DNA from: Malacoraja senta
Lineage: Eukaryota
DNA: 64,000 nucleotides
Assembly: GCA_038087875.1 (NCBI GenBank)
Contig: CM075988.1
Span: 18,168,001 to 18,232,000 of the forward strand
Reading direction: 5' to 3'
Positions within the stretch are counted from its first letter, which is position 1. Each line of letters begins with the position of its first letter. A program made the translations under genes and the position numbers. The notes beneath the pieces are model-generated. The model searched no databases. It was not told the DNA's origin and was given only the letters and a program-made list of their open reading frames with translations. Shown here piece by piece: positions 1 to 13,428 of the stretch.

Positions 1-1589
1 ATTTTCTCGACTATTCTGGCCTCAGACGTGTCGGAGTGAGCTCAGGTCCCAGGTGTGAAATGGCCCTGGGATTCAGACACGGTGCAAGCCCTACCACAAC
101 TAGGGAGCAGTGCCTCTTTGATGACCTCTTTGATGACCCTCAGACTATCCTTGATCGGACTTTGCACTAAACGCATCATGTCCTCAAGTGATCTGTAACT
201 TACATTTACAGTGTAAATGTAATCATGCATTGTCTTTCTGCTGACTGGATAACACGCAACAAAAGCTTTTCACTGTACCTCGGTACACATGACAATAAAC
301 CAAACTGACTCCATCTTGGTGTAAATAAAGTAGGTGCTTTTTTAAAAGTCCCAGGGCGGGCAGGAGCACCGAGTGCCATGACCTGCCCCTGGTAGTGTTA
401 CCCCGCCAGTTGTACCTCCCACTCTATCATCTGCCACTCCATATGGACTGTTACCCATATAGTTGGTGCATCATGTTCAACGATGCACTGTCAAATGGTG
501 GAGAAGTAGATAACCATGGATACTTTTAACTAGACTGAAGTGTGAAATCCCATTAGGGAGAATCACGTCTTGCTGCATAGACACCCCCCCCCCCCCCAAG
601 AGGGGGATTTAATCAGCCAGCTATTACAGATACACTCGCTAAACCTAAAACTCTAGTGAAATTATTCAGATCACTTGGAGATTTGTGGCAGAAAAATACC
701 CTGAAGAAATAATTGACCCTCTTACAAATCCTAAGCATGGAGCATCTTGTGAGAGTCAGTGCTGGACTTTGTAGAAGAATGTTCCCGCTCTCGGGATTAG
801 CTCAGTATCGTAGGGTTCAGCTCGCTCAAGGTGCCAGGGGAAGGGCCTCAGCTGTTTACATCGGCTCCTCAATTGAAAAATACGTGGTCGGTATTATCTG
901 GTACAGAGAAGACGTTGGCTCAGAGATCCCAGCCATCCCTGGGCACGCCAGCACATCATTAGTCAAGAGTCAGGAGTGTTTTATTGTTATATGTCCCAGA
1001 CAGAACAATGACGTTCTTACTTGCGGCAGCACAACAGAATAAATAAACATAGTACTCTGTAAACAACATAATAAATGTAAAAAATGTTATATATAGAGAG
1101 AGAGAGAGAGAGAGACATTGAACTTTTTAACAATTATTTTTTGCTTGTGCACACACATGCATACATGCGTATTAAAAATAAGCAAACAATAATAGTGCAA
1201 AAAGACAAACCCAATGCCCCCAGGTCTATGTAGTTCAAAGCTTAATGGAGGTTAGGCCTACAGGTCATGTGATAGGAGCAGAATTAGGCCATTCGGCCCA
1301 TCAAGTCTACTCCACCATTCAATCACTGCTGATCTATATCTCTCTCCACAGAAGCTGGCTTTCATAAACATAGAAACATAGAAAATAGGTGCAGGAGTAG
1401 GCCACTCGGTCCTTCAAGGCAGCACCACCATTCAATATGATCATGGCTGATCATCCAAAATCAGAACCCTGTTCTGGCTATTCCCCCATATCCCTTGATT
1501 CCCTTAGCCCTCAGAGCTGAATCTAACTCTAGAATAAATTCTAGGAGTAGAAATAGGCCATTCGGCCCACCAGGTCTACTCGGTCATTC

Positions 1590-1848
1590 AATCATGGCTA
1601 ATCTATCAGCCGTCTGTGGCAATGAATTCCACAGATTCACCACCCTCTGACTAAAGAAATTCCTCCTCATCCCCTTTCTAAATGTACGTCCTTTTATTCT
1701 GAGGCTATGGCCTCTGGTCCTAGATGCTTCCACTGGTGGAAACATCCTCTCCACATCCACTCTATCCAGGACTTTCACTTTTCGGTAAGATTCAATGAGG
1801 TGCCCACTCATCCTTCTAAACTCCAGCGAGTACAGGCCCAGTGCCTTC
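1590..1848 (-). mobile_element. CR1 LINE ORF2 C-terminal fragment
   Basis: ORF 1584-1850 LGLYSLEFRR...TRGHSLRIKG...FFSQRVVNLWNSLPQ. Confidence 0.85.
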
Positions 1849-3139
1849 AAACGCAGTTTTTTGTTTTTTGTTTTTTGTTTATTTCAGATTTCCAGCACCT
1901 GCATTTTCTAATGTTATGTGAAAGTCAAGGATCAATGATGACTTATTTACTTGTATATTGTGCAGTTTCTGGTAAAACATGCAGCTTGTTCATCTTTGAG
2001 TTGAAACATAATTCTGATCTAATTATTGTGTTCCTTGGGCATACTTTGAAAGTACAAAGTACACGGCCAATAAATTATTCTTGTGAAGCAGCTTCTTCAT
2101 CAGTTCATAAGTTTACTGTATATGTTCTGGAACAGAATTAGGCCATTTGGCCCATCAAGTCTACTCCGACATTCAATCATGGCTGATCTATCTTTCCCTC
2201 TCAACCCCATTCTCCTGCCTTCTCCCCGTAACCCCTGACACCTGTACTAATCAAGAATCTGTCGACCTCCGCCTTAAATAATATCCATTGACGTTGCCTA
2301 CGCAGCCGTCTGTGGCAATGACCTCTCAGGTAATGATCTAGATTCCAGGTAAAGGTGTGGAGAGGAATCTCAGGTTAACTTGATGCCTTTAACTCCGTCT
2401 CCCTGCTAGTTTGTCAGAATAAATTAAACATGCCTGGGAGAAACGCAATGTGCGCCGAGGAAGGATTAACATATTTTGTTAATTGAAACAATTTTTTTCA
2501 ATAAAAAGGCTGTTCATTATTAAAATGAATGTAGCCAATGGTTACCAATTTACTTTTCAAATGCAAATTTTGCAGGTCAAATCGGCGAGGTCTGCAGAAA
2601 AGAGGATGAGAGAGGTTTCTACCTGATGCTGTTGTCTCACCCCTCAGGCTGGGGAAACATTCTCATGCAGAAAATGAGAGGAGTCTGGGTTGAGGCAATA
2701 ATAGGCTCGGTAATAGAGAGACACACACAATGGAAGGTTGAGGGGGGTCAGGATCAAAGCAGGGGAAGGAGATCTGGAGGGTTCGAATGAATGGAGATAA
2801 GGGCAGGGAGATGTGAAATTAGCAGTGGGAGAATTCAACATGTTAATCTGCACGGTAATGATAGGGAAGAGACGACACCAAAAATATCCGCGAGCATAAA
2901 TCTGAAATGTCAAAGAACGAGAGGCAGGTTTGCATTCACATAGCGCCTCCCACACAACACCTCACAGCAGATAAAGCACTTCAACTGTTTAGTCATTTCA
3001 GATGGAGAGAGGGACAAAGATAACATTCAATGGTTGTTTCATTATCATCTGTGCAGAGATACAGTGACAAGCTTGTCCTGCATGCTATCATACGACACAT
3101 GAGTAAAATAGATCCTCTCCTGGAACAGCATAAGGTCTG

Positions 3140-3332
3140 GGTAGACAAAAAATGTTGGAGAAACTCAGCGGGTGAGGCAGCATCCTATGGAGAGATATCA
3201 GTCTGAAGAAGGGTCTGGACCCAAAACGTCGCCAATTCCTTCTCTCCATAGATGCTGCCTCACCCGCTGAGTTTCTCCAGCATTTTTTGTCTACCTGAGT
3301 TTTTTCCAGCATCTGCAGTTCTTTCTTAAACA
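3140..3332. mobile_element. Fold-back Penelope-derived mini-element
   Basis: Inverted arms ggtagac.../...gtctacc around a CTGAAGA motif; same leader as 31278 in the opposite orientation. Confidence 0.75.
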
Positions 3333-3629
3333 TGTGGTCAGGTTGTCATACAGCATGGAAGCAGGCCCTTCAGCCCAATTGTCCATGCTGACCAAGATGC
3401 CCCTCCTACACCAGTCCCATCTGCCCAAACAGGCCGTTTGGCCCACTGGGCCCACACCAGCCACGGGAGAGGGAAACGAAAGGTAAGGCACACCAACACT
3501 AGTTCTATGTTATCCCACTTTCTCATCCACTTCCCACACACTGGGAACAATTTACAGAGGCCAATTAACCTATAAATGCCTTTGGGATGTAGGAGGGAAT
3601 CGGAGCATCTGGAGCAGGGGTGGGGAACC

Positions 3630-4010
3630 ATATAACCATATAACAATTACAGCACGGAAACAGGCCGTCTCGACCCTTCTAGTCCGTGCCGAACACGTAT
3701 TCTCCCCTAGTCCCATATACCTGCGCTCAGACCATAACCCTCCATTCCTTTCCCGTCCATATAACTATCCAATTTATTTTTAAATGATAAAAACGAACCT
3801 GCCTCCACCACCTTCACTGGAAGCTCATTCCACACAGCCACCACTCTGAGTAAAGAAGTACCCCCTCATGTTACCCCTAAACTTCTGTCCCTTAATTCTC
3901 AAGTCATGTCCCCTTGTTTGAATCTTCCCTACTCTCAGTAGGAAAAGCTTATCCACGTCAACTCTGTCTATCCCTCTCATCATTTTAAAGACCTCTATCA
4001 AGTCCCCCCT
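3630..4010 (-). mobile_element. CR1 LINE 3' fragment with (TTATATGG)n tail
   Basis: Minus strand encodes RGDLIEVFKMM...RGHDLRIKG-type sequence followed by a CR1-type 3' UTR. Confidence 0.8.
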
Positions 4011-4464
4011 TAACCTGTGGCCTTAAGGCCATTAAGTGCGGCCTTTTGAATGAATCCAAATTTTGTAGAACAAATCCTTTTATTTTTATTAATATGTTTT
4101 TGTTCGTCTTTTATTATTTTAATTTTAATCTTAAAATGAACGTATTTAAAATACCAAAGAGTAAAAGATTCAACGAAATAATCCTCCCCGACTGACGGCC
4201 ACAATTAAAACATCAGTAAGTCATGAGGGCTATTTTAACAAAATAATGTACATTTTGAAGTGTATCTGATTGAAGTATCTTGGATGCGGCCTTGTTAGAT
4301 TACAGCTAACTTAATGTGGCATTCCAACATGAAAAGGTTCCCCACCCCTGGTCTGGAGGATCAGGGAGAACGTGTCAACTCCACACAGACAGCACTTATG
4401 GTCAAGATCGAACCCGGGTCTTTGGCGCTGTGAGGCAGCGGCTCACGCTACCATCCTGAAAAGT

Positions 4465-5045
4465 CCGATCTTGTCCCAAGAAGATCAGCAGTTTCTTATT
4501 TCCTCGCTTTAAGGCCCGGTGTTGTGGTGGTACTGGATCGGTGAAGTAGGGGCCTGCCTGGCCCAGCGCGATGCCGTCGGCTCCTTCCACCGATGCTCCG
4601 TGCAGTTGCCGCAGGCTGCGCTCGATCCGCTCGCTCGCCTGCCTCCCGCGGCCGCCTCCGCCACGTGCCGTTCCATGACACGGAGAGGCGCGTACTGTAC
4701 AGGCTGCTCCTGCACACTCTGCACTTCCTCGCCCTTGTCTTCCGTCCGTGTTACCACCTGACGGCGGGAGTGGTCCTCAGTGGAGGTCTCTCTACAAGGG
4801 TGTTCTCCCCCTTTACATCGGGGACCTGGGGTGGAGAGTGTTGCACATGGCTGTGGCCTGTAGCAGGTACTTGAGCCGGTTCACGGACTCGCCAGCCCCC
4901 TGACTCTTCTGCGGCGAGGAGGAGACCGTGTTCCATTTGTACATGCAGTGAGAGGTTGCAGCCCCTGTTCGAGTATCTGAAGGGGCTGTTCCTCAAGTTT
5001 TAGCCCCACACTCATGATGTTTGGGCACCCGGTACAGAGGGGGGA
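4465..5045 (+). mobile_element. L1-Tx1-like LINE ORF2 C-terminal (zinc-finger region) fragment, degraded
   Basis: Frames read LYRLLLHTLHFLAL...PQWRSLYKGVLPLYIGDLGWRVLH...FCGEEETVFHLY...LQPLFEYLK, typical of the Tx1 C-terminal CCHC region; stops and frameshifts present. Confidence 0.75.
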
Positions 5046-6620
5046 AGGTCGGGAGGGAGGGGGGAGGGGGGGGGGGGGAGATCCGCTTCCGTGCGCCAAG
5101 GTTGCCGGATCAGGGGACGCTCCAGTACAACCAGAATGTAGATTGGTCATTGGACTATGGACTTTTTCTTTTTGTAAATGGAGCCAGATATGGCAACTTG
5201 TGCCTACGTGAGCTATGCAAAAATAATTCCTGAATTGTTAAGGATGAGCTCACAAGAGAGGAGGCTCTGGCTTGGGGAACGAGACGGCATGAATTACTGA
5301 TTCCACCACGGAGGATCACCATCAATATATCATCAAAGCAGGCCGCGCGGGTTTCAAAGGGTAAAATCTTGGATCTGAAACAGGCGTCCTAACTTAAATA
5401 ATGACAATTGCAATGGTCTGAGGATAGGGTTGGACTGAGAAAACAGAACAAAGATGAGATGGAACGTCAGCAGAGGCAGGTAAATCAGAAGGAGAGTTGC
5501 TGCCTTACACCCCAGAGACCCAATTAGCAGACAGTGCTGGGATTTCAGCCTCTTTATAATTTTATTAGTCAGAGAACATTGGACCTAGAACAGTACAGCC
5601 CTGGGACAGGCATATTGACTTACAATGTTCATGCTGAACTGTATAACTAATCTTCTCTACCTGCATGTGATCCACATCCCTCCATTCCCTGCATATCCAA
5701 TGTGCCTATCTAAAAGCATCTTGCACACACCACTATCATATCTGCCTCATCCAAAGATACTAGAGGAGCCTGTAGTATCTTTGGCCTCCACCACCACCCC
5801 TGGCTGCGTGTTCCAGGCACCCACCGCCCACTGTGTAAAATATCATCTTTAGTTAGTTTCTAAAGAAGTCCCTGCCCCCTGGTCTACTGCTAACCTTCTA
5901 GAGGCAAACATGGGCAAATGGGACTAGCTTAGGTGGGACATCTTGCTGGGCATGGATGAGTTGGACCAAAGGGCCTGTTTCTGTGTTGTGTGACTCTATG
6001 ACTAACATTTGCTCCCATTTATTTTGATAGAATTGTCCCATGTTCAAAGGAAAGTCAAGAATCAAGTATAAAAGTGGATCATAAAGTGAAATTGGACGAA
6101 TGAAGACCTTCCTGATCGAATGATTCCAACACTAACTCTCCCACGTGAGGCTCAGTGCAGCATCTCTTGAAGAACAGTGCTGGCAATCTATAGCCAGATG
6201 CCACCCTACGTGGAGGGGTTGGTGCTCCCGACGTTTGGTGCTGGAGGTTGTGTATTTGGGAAGCAATGGAGATGGATAAGCTCAAACAAATCTGACCATG
6301 CAAGATATCTCATCTAGAAGGCCATTTTTGAGTCAATACTTTAGGTGATGGGAACCGTTGATAACCTCTTCAGCCTTGCCCACAGGGATCGACTGTTTCT
6401 CTTCACGCCTTGGGCTGGGAAGTTATCCTTGTCCATCCATCTCTCGATGCCCAACCTTATCCATGGATAACATCGTCCTTTCCAGATGTCTTCTTAGTTT
6501 TAATTTAGTTTAGAGATACAAGTGGAAACATGCCCTTCGGCCTACTGAGTCTGTTCCAACCAGCGATCCCCTCTCCTTTCCTTCCTCTCTACATCTTAAA
6601 ATCTATTTGATCTCCAACTT

Positions 6621-6932
6621 TGGGGACGGCACGGTGGCACAGAGGTAGAATTGCTGCCTGACAGCGCGAGCGACCCAGGATGGATCCTGACCACTGGCAC
6701 TGTCTGTATGGAGGTTGTACGTTCCCCCTGTGACCGCGTGGGTTGGCTCCGGTTTCCTCACACGCTCCAAAGACGTACGGGTTAGTAGGTTAATTGGCTT
6801 CTGTAAATTGTAAATTGTTCATAGTGTGCCGGATAGAGCTAGTGTACGGGCCGATCGGTGGTCGGCGCGGAGTAGGTGGGCCGAAGGGCCGGTTTCCACG
6901 CTGTACTGTATGTCTAAAGTGTAAAGTCTAAA
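6621..6932 (+). mobile_element. HE1-type tRNA-derived V-SINE, full length
   Basis: ggcacggtggc A box, B box, V-domain ctccggtttcctc.cac.ctccaaagac, and CR1-like tail gggccgaagggcc.gtttcc. Confidence 0.85.
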
Positions 6933-7380
6933 CTACTTCCAGTTCTGATGAAACGTGAGCCCTTGCTTCTCTCTCCGATAATGCTGTCAAACGTGCTAAG
7001 TATGAGAGAATAGGTTACCGCAAAGAATTTAATATTAGTTATCCAATCTATTCCAAAAATGATTCACAGAAGATGACTTTACTGAACCCGACCATTTTCT
7101 GCCACTTATTTCACAAAGTATTTTCTCACTGTTTAAACAAGTAAGCGTCGGATTTTCTACTTCACATTCCATGCATGTTGAGATAGCTCGGCACCTGCTC
7201 CAGATTATTTTCTTAAACCCCCCTGTTATTTTCTTCATCTGAAACTTTTGCTGACACAAGAAACTGCAGATGCTGGAACCTTGAGCAGAAAAACAAAATG
7301 CTGGAGGCACTCAGCGGGTCAGGCATTATCCGCGGAGGGAATGGACAGCTGACGTTTCAGCTCAAGACCTGAGAGTGTGA

Positions 7381-7685
7381 CATGGTGGCGCAGTGGTGTA
7401 GTCGATGCCTTTACAGCGCCAGAGACCCGGGTTCGATCCTGACTACGGGTGCTTGTCTGTACGGAGTTTGTACCCTCTCCCCGTGACTGTGTGGGTTTTC
7501 TTCAAGATCTTTGGTTTCCTCCCCCACTCCAAAGACGTACAGATTTGTAGGTTAATTGGCTTGGTGTAAATGTAAAATTGTCCCTAGTGTGTGTAGGATA
7601 ATGTTAGTGTGTGGTGATCGCTGGTCGGTGTGGACTCGATGGGCCGAAGGGCCTGTTTCCATGCTGTATCTCTAAACTAAACTAA
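7381..7685 (+). mobile_element. HE1-type V-SINE
   Basis: Same motifs; (CTAAA)n tail. Confidence 0.85.
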
Positions 7686-8601
7686 TCGAAATTAAACCCT
7701 TCTTCGTAAATCCCAACCCAAAGAGTTGTCCGTCCATTATTGCATGAAACGTTATTAACGATATTCCCTTTATCTTGTATCTGTACACTGTCAATGGCCA
7801 GACTGTAATCATGTATTGTCTTTCAGCTGACTGGTTAGATTGTCACTGAGTTTCGTTTATTGTCACTCGGTACACGTGACAATAAACTAAACTCGTTCCC
7901 TCTAGAGATGCTGCCAGATGCGCTGAGTTCCACCATTACTTTGTTAATTTTGCTCAACTTTCCATTGCTTCTGCGCTGAAATTCTGGCATAGGCCAATGT
8001 CATTTTCTGGAGGAACTCAGCGGGCAGGGTGCATCAGTGGAGGAAATGGACAAATGATGTTTCAGATCACGTCCCTTCTTCAAACTTCTTCAAACATCGT
8101 CTATCCATTCCCTCCACATATGCTGTTTGACCTGCTGAGTTACTCTAGCACTTTGTGCTTTGCTCAAGACACCAGCACCTGTAGTTCCTTGTATCTCTTC
8201 TTCTTGTTACATAAGACCATAAGACATAGGCCCATCGAGCCTGCCCTGCCATTCAATCATGGCTGATCTATCCTCTCTCAACTCCATTCTCCTGCTTTCT
8301 CCCCGTAACCCCTGACTCCCTTACTAACCAAGAACCTGTCAAACTCCACTTTAAAAATACCCAATGACTTAGCCTCCACAGCCATGAGGGAGCGCTGCTC
8401 TCATGGAAGTGCTGAGCTACTCTGAAGGTGTGCTCTTCTTTGGAGGGTGGAGGCTGAGGGGTGACCTTATTGCGGTGTACGGATAAAGTGAACGCTCACA
8501 GTCTTTTTCTCAGGGTTAAAACTAGAGGGCATAGGTTTAAGATGAGAGGGGAGCGATTTAAGAAACTCAGGGGCAACATTCTCACTCAGAGGGTGGTTTG
8601 T

Positions 8602-9649
8602 CCTTTTCACAATGGCAGGCAGTGACTAGTGGGGTACCGCAAGGCTCAGTGCTGGGACCCCAGCTATTTACAATTTATATTAATGAACTGGATGAGGGAA
8701 TTGAAAGCAACATCTCCAAGTTTGCGGATGACACTAAGCTGGGGGGCAGTGTTAGCTGTGAGGAGGATGCTAGGAGACTGCAAGGTGACTTGGATAGGCT
8801 GGGTGAGTGGGCAAATGTTTGGTAGATGCAGTATAATGTGGATAAATGTGAGGTTATCCACTTTGGTGGCAAAAACGGGAAGGCAGACTATTATCTACAT
8901 GGTGGCCGATTAGGAAATGGGGAGATGCAGCGAGACCTGGTACACCAGTCATTGAAAGTAGGCATGCAGGTGCAGCAGACAGTGAAGAAAGCGAATGGTA
9001 TGTTGGCCTTCATAGCAAGAGGATTTGAGTATAGGAGCAGGGAGGTTCTACTGCAGTTGTACAGGGTCTTGGTGAGACCACACCTGGAGTATTGCGTACA
9101 GTTTTGGTCTCCAAATCTGAGGAAGGACATTATAGCCATAGAGGGAGTGCAGAGAAGGTTCACTAGACTGATTCCTGGGATGTCAGGACTTTCATATGAA
9201 GAAAGACTGGATAGACTTGGCTTATACTCGCTAGAATTTAGGAGATTGAGAAGGGATCTTATAGAAACGTACAAAATTCTTATGGGGTTGGACAGGCTAG
9301 ATGCAGGAAGATTGTTCCCGATGTTGGGGAAGTCCAGGACAAGGGGTCACAGCTTAAGGATAAGGGGGAAATCCTTTAAGACCGAGATGAGGAAAAACTT
9401 TTTCACACAGAGAGTGGTGAATCTCTGGAACTCTCTGCCACAGAGGGTAGTTGAGGCCAGTTCATTGGCTATATTTAAGAGGGAGTTAGACGTGGCCCTT
9501 GTGGCTAAAGGGATCAGGGGGTATGGAGAGAAGGCAGGTACGGGATACTGAGTTAGATGATCAGCCATGATCATATTGAATGGCGGTGCAGGCTCGAAGG
9601 GCCGAATGGCCTACTCCTGCACCTATTTTCTATGTATCTATGTATCTAT
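8602..9649 (+). mobile_element. 5'-truncated young CR1 (HER1-like) LINE, RT C-terminal half plus 3' UTR
   Basis: ORFs 8598-8825 ([10 protein letters not shown]...KFADDTKL) and 8826-9551 (RPHLEYCVQFWSP...) are in frame across one TAG. Ends in a (TATCTATG)n tail, with gtttgt duplicated at 8596-8601 and 9650-9655 inside an older CR1 fragment. Confidence 0.95.
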
Positions 9650-10408
9650 GTTTGTACCTGGAACGAGCTGCCAGAGGAAGCTATAGAAGAGGATTTTTAA
9701 AGAGACTTTTAAAGACATTTGGGCAGATATATGGATGAGGGGTTTAGAGGGCTATGGGACAAATGCACACAAATGGGACGAGCGCAGAAGCTTCAAAAGC
9801 TTATCACTGCACCTTGGTACAGGTGACAATAAACTAAAGGGAACTGAGAATGCCAAGTTGGTCAGCATTGACAACGTGGGCCGAAGGGCCTGGTTCCGTG
9901 ATGTACAGCTGGGTGACTGTGATTCTGAGAAGTTGATGTTTGCAGTTGGTGGATCGTTACTTTGAGAAGGGTCGGGGGTCATCCCGAGTGTCCTGGTCAG
10001 TTATTGGGAGAGGCTCACACTGCCAACTGTGGCCTTCACTGTGCACAGATCCCTGCCCTCCTGTGCGCGACAAGAGTTACTATATCTCAAAAAGCACATC
10101 AGTAGCTGGGGAGCGCTTTGGTAACATCTTGAGGTCATTAATGCAAAGCCTTCTTTCCATTGTCTGAAATACCTTTGTGATTACAGCAACGGCAATGCTT
10201 TTTCATTAAGTAGCCTTCAAAGACTCAGTAAACCATCAGAGCTATCATTACCTCCCTCAGGTCCCCTGACCCGAATGTGGAGGGAACGATGCTATGAACA
10301 TCAACGTAACAGATGATTCACATCGCATCTATTCTTCTGACACCCTTTCACGCTTTCATTGTTCTACAATGTTCGGTATTAACAGTAGCCCAACAGAAAG
10401 TGAGGATA

Positions 10409-10870
10409 AAGGATAGGCACAAAATGCTGGAGTAACTCAGCGGGACAGGCAGTATCTCTGGAGAGAAGGAATGGGTGATGTTTCGGGTCGAGACCCTTCT
10501 TCAGACTCAGAGTCAGGGGAGAGGGAGATGCAGAGATAAGGAAGGGTAAGGTGTGTAAAGGAGACATCAAAAGAGATGTAGATCAAGGCAAATGTGGAAA
10601 AGATCATTGCTAGCTGGGAGAAGTTGACAACGAAGCAAACAGATAACATTTTAATCAGGGAGACAGTCAGACAGGTCGGAGAACTCGGAAGGGGGAGAGA
10701 TGGAGAAAGAGGGAAAGTAAGGGTTACTTGAAATATTAGAGAAGTCAATATTCATACCGCTGGTGTGTAAGCTGCCCCAGCAAAATATGAGGTGCTGTTC
10801 CTCCAATTAGCGCTGGGCCTCACTCTGTCCGTGGAGGAGGCTCAGGACAGAAAGGTAAGTGTGGGAATGA
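10409..10870 (-). mobile_element. Penelope-like element 3' fragment (end of GIY-YIG ORF plus pLTR)
   Basis: Collinear with 18698-19100; includes EEQHLIF..G.L.P.GMNIDFSN-type coding remnant. Confidence 0.8.
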
Positions 10871-12427
10871 AGGTGTCACTGGAAGAACCTTGGAGGCTTG
10901 TTCCAAAGTCCAACAAAGGAGTGGGTGACCCGTGCTGTTTGTTGGGGGCATTCCCCAGTGCTGACGACAGCCCACTTAAAACAGACAGCTTCAAGAAACC
11001 TGGAATCTCAGCTATTCAACCACCGGGTGGCGCCAGCAATGGCTGCCTCGCCAACAGTCTGTCTGTCCTTTCCTTCTTTGTGTTTAAATAGTATGTGTTA
11101 AATGTACGTTTTTAGTTTTCTTGTTTTATGGTGGGGGGGGGGGGGGGGGTGGGGGGGGGGTGTTGGGGGGAACTTTTTCTAATCTTTTACCTAGACGGAG
11201 ATGCGATTTTTTTCCGAATCGTCGGCCTAACATTGAGTGTAACATGTCCGAGCTAACAACTAGTGTAGCTGGGACATATTGGCCGGTGTGGGCAAGTTGG
11301 GCCGAAGGGCCTGTTTCAACACTGTATGACTATAACTAAACTCACCCTACAAATCAAGCCAGCAAGCCCAGGTAACATCCTGGTGAATCTCTTCTGCTCC
11401 CAGTTGAATGAGCTCCCACGCCAGCTCAGTAGCTGGTGGTGGTTGGTTAGTGGTGACCACAGCACAGCCTGGATGGTTCAGGTCTCCCTCCACATCACTG
11501 CACAGCGGGTGCTTCTCAACCCCCAAATATTCACGCCTAATTTCATCCGTTCAGATGCAACGGGGCGGGTAGCTGCAAGCAGGCAAGCAGGTTGAGGAAC
11601 CAAGGTGCTCATACGCTGGCTCACCTCAATAACATCGAGACAAGTTTCAGTAGAAAATCAATCAGGGTGAAATAATGACCAAACTTCAGATGGTGAGACA
11701 TTTATACTGTTCTACATTTTAATACCAAGTCAGGAAGGTCCCTAAGAAAGTAATGCAATTTATATTATTAAATCAGCCTCTGTATTTTCCTCCATAGTTC
11801 ACCCAACCCTGATTTTAAGTTGGTTGTAGTTTCATTTCAGGCTCTATTACCTCATTATTATTTATACAATTTGTCTATCCTGCCTTCCATTGGGATAAAA
11901 ATGCATGATGGATTTGCAATTTAAAACTCGAGTGTTTTAATTAACTCAGCCACCTGTAATAAACAAACTGATCATTTTGAACAACGGGTGAGATTTCCAC
12001 CTGAACCAAAGGTGCAGATGTCCAATGGCCTTTTTTGTGTCAATTTATTTGACAACATTTAATTTCCCATTGAAAATGTCATTAGCTGTCCCCAGTATAA
12101 GTACGGCTCGCTCTGCCTAATACCAAGGCCCGTCCTGGCTCTCACACACGTATGATTAGCAAAAGGCATTTTTAATTGAATTCCGTGTCATGGCATTCAT
12201 TTTTTATTTCTTTCAATTTGCATTAAACATTTCTCAGCATTAATATATTTATCGCGCTCAATTAAGCCACAATGGGCATTCTGTGGCAAAGGGATACCAT
12301 TAACCAGCGGCAGATTGATTCGTAGAAATCATCAATGCACAACATGAGGGAGAACAGTGCCCAAGCCGGCGGAACCAGAGTCTGTGCATGAACCGTACAC
12401 TCCAGCTGTCTGTCGTTCGGCAGCTAG

Positions 12428-12712
12428 GTCGGCACGGTGGCACAGCGGTACAGCTGCTGCCTCACAGCGCCAGAGACCCGGGTTCGATCATGACTGTGGG
12501 TGCTGTCTGTACGGAGTTTGTACGTTCTCCCCGTGGCCTGCGTGGCTTTTCCCCGGGTGCTCCGGTTTCCTCCCACACTCCAGAGACGTACAGGTGTGTA
12601 GGTTAATTGGCCCTAGTGTGGAGGATCGTGTTTGTGTGCGAGGTGGTCGCTGGTTGGCGCGGATTCGGTAGCCCAGAGGGCCTGTTTTCTGCGCTGGATC
12701 TCTAGTTTAAAG
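12428..12712 (+). mobile_element. HE1-type V-SINE
   Basis: Same motifs. Confidence 0.85.
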
Positions 12713-12861
12713 TATAAAGCTTGTGGCGGTCCATGGTTGCACAGGCATTCACTGTCCTATCGTAATGTGGGATTGTGTCCCCACAACCCTCCACCCTGTA
12801 GCAGTTCTGCCAAGACAAGCTCCCTGGTTACTGCTGGGAGATAGTCCTTCCTGATTGCCCA

Positions 12862-13428
12862 GTCATATAGCACGGAAACAGGCCCTGTGATGCAACGCAT
12901 CCATGTCGACCAAGATGTCCCACCTAAGCTAGTCCCATTTTCCCATATTTTACCCATATCCCTCTAAACCTTTCCTATCCATGTACCTGTCCAAATGTCT
13001 TTTAATTATTGTTATTGGTATTGTGTTGGTCCACATGCTTGATCAATGGTGTTTTATCATTAATGTCATTATTATTCATGTTTAGTGTTTTCTGAGTCAT
13101 TCGTAACTGTCACTGTATGCCATGTTGTTACTTGTGGGCGGAGCACCAAGGCAAATTCCTTGTATGTGAATACTTGGCCAATTAACTTACTTACTTACTT
13201 GTTCCGGCCTCAACTACCTCCTCTGGCAGCTCGTTCCACACACCCACCACCGTCTGAGTGACAAAGTTGCCCCTTATGTTCCTATTAAGTCTCCCCCCTC
13301 TCACCTTAACCCCATGTCCTCTGGTTCTTGAATCCCCTACACTGGATAAAGATTCTGTGCATTCACCCTATCTATTCGCCTCATGGTTTTATACACCCCG
13401 ATAAGATCACCCCTCAGCCTCCTGCAAA
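12862..13428 (-). mobile_element. CR1 LINE 3' fragment, interrupted at ~13020-13200 by another LINE 3' tail ending (ACTT)n
   Basis: Shares ggaacgagctgccagaggaggtagttgagg and ggtacatggatagg motifs with other CR1 copies in the window. Confidence 0.75.
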
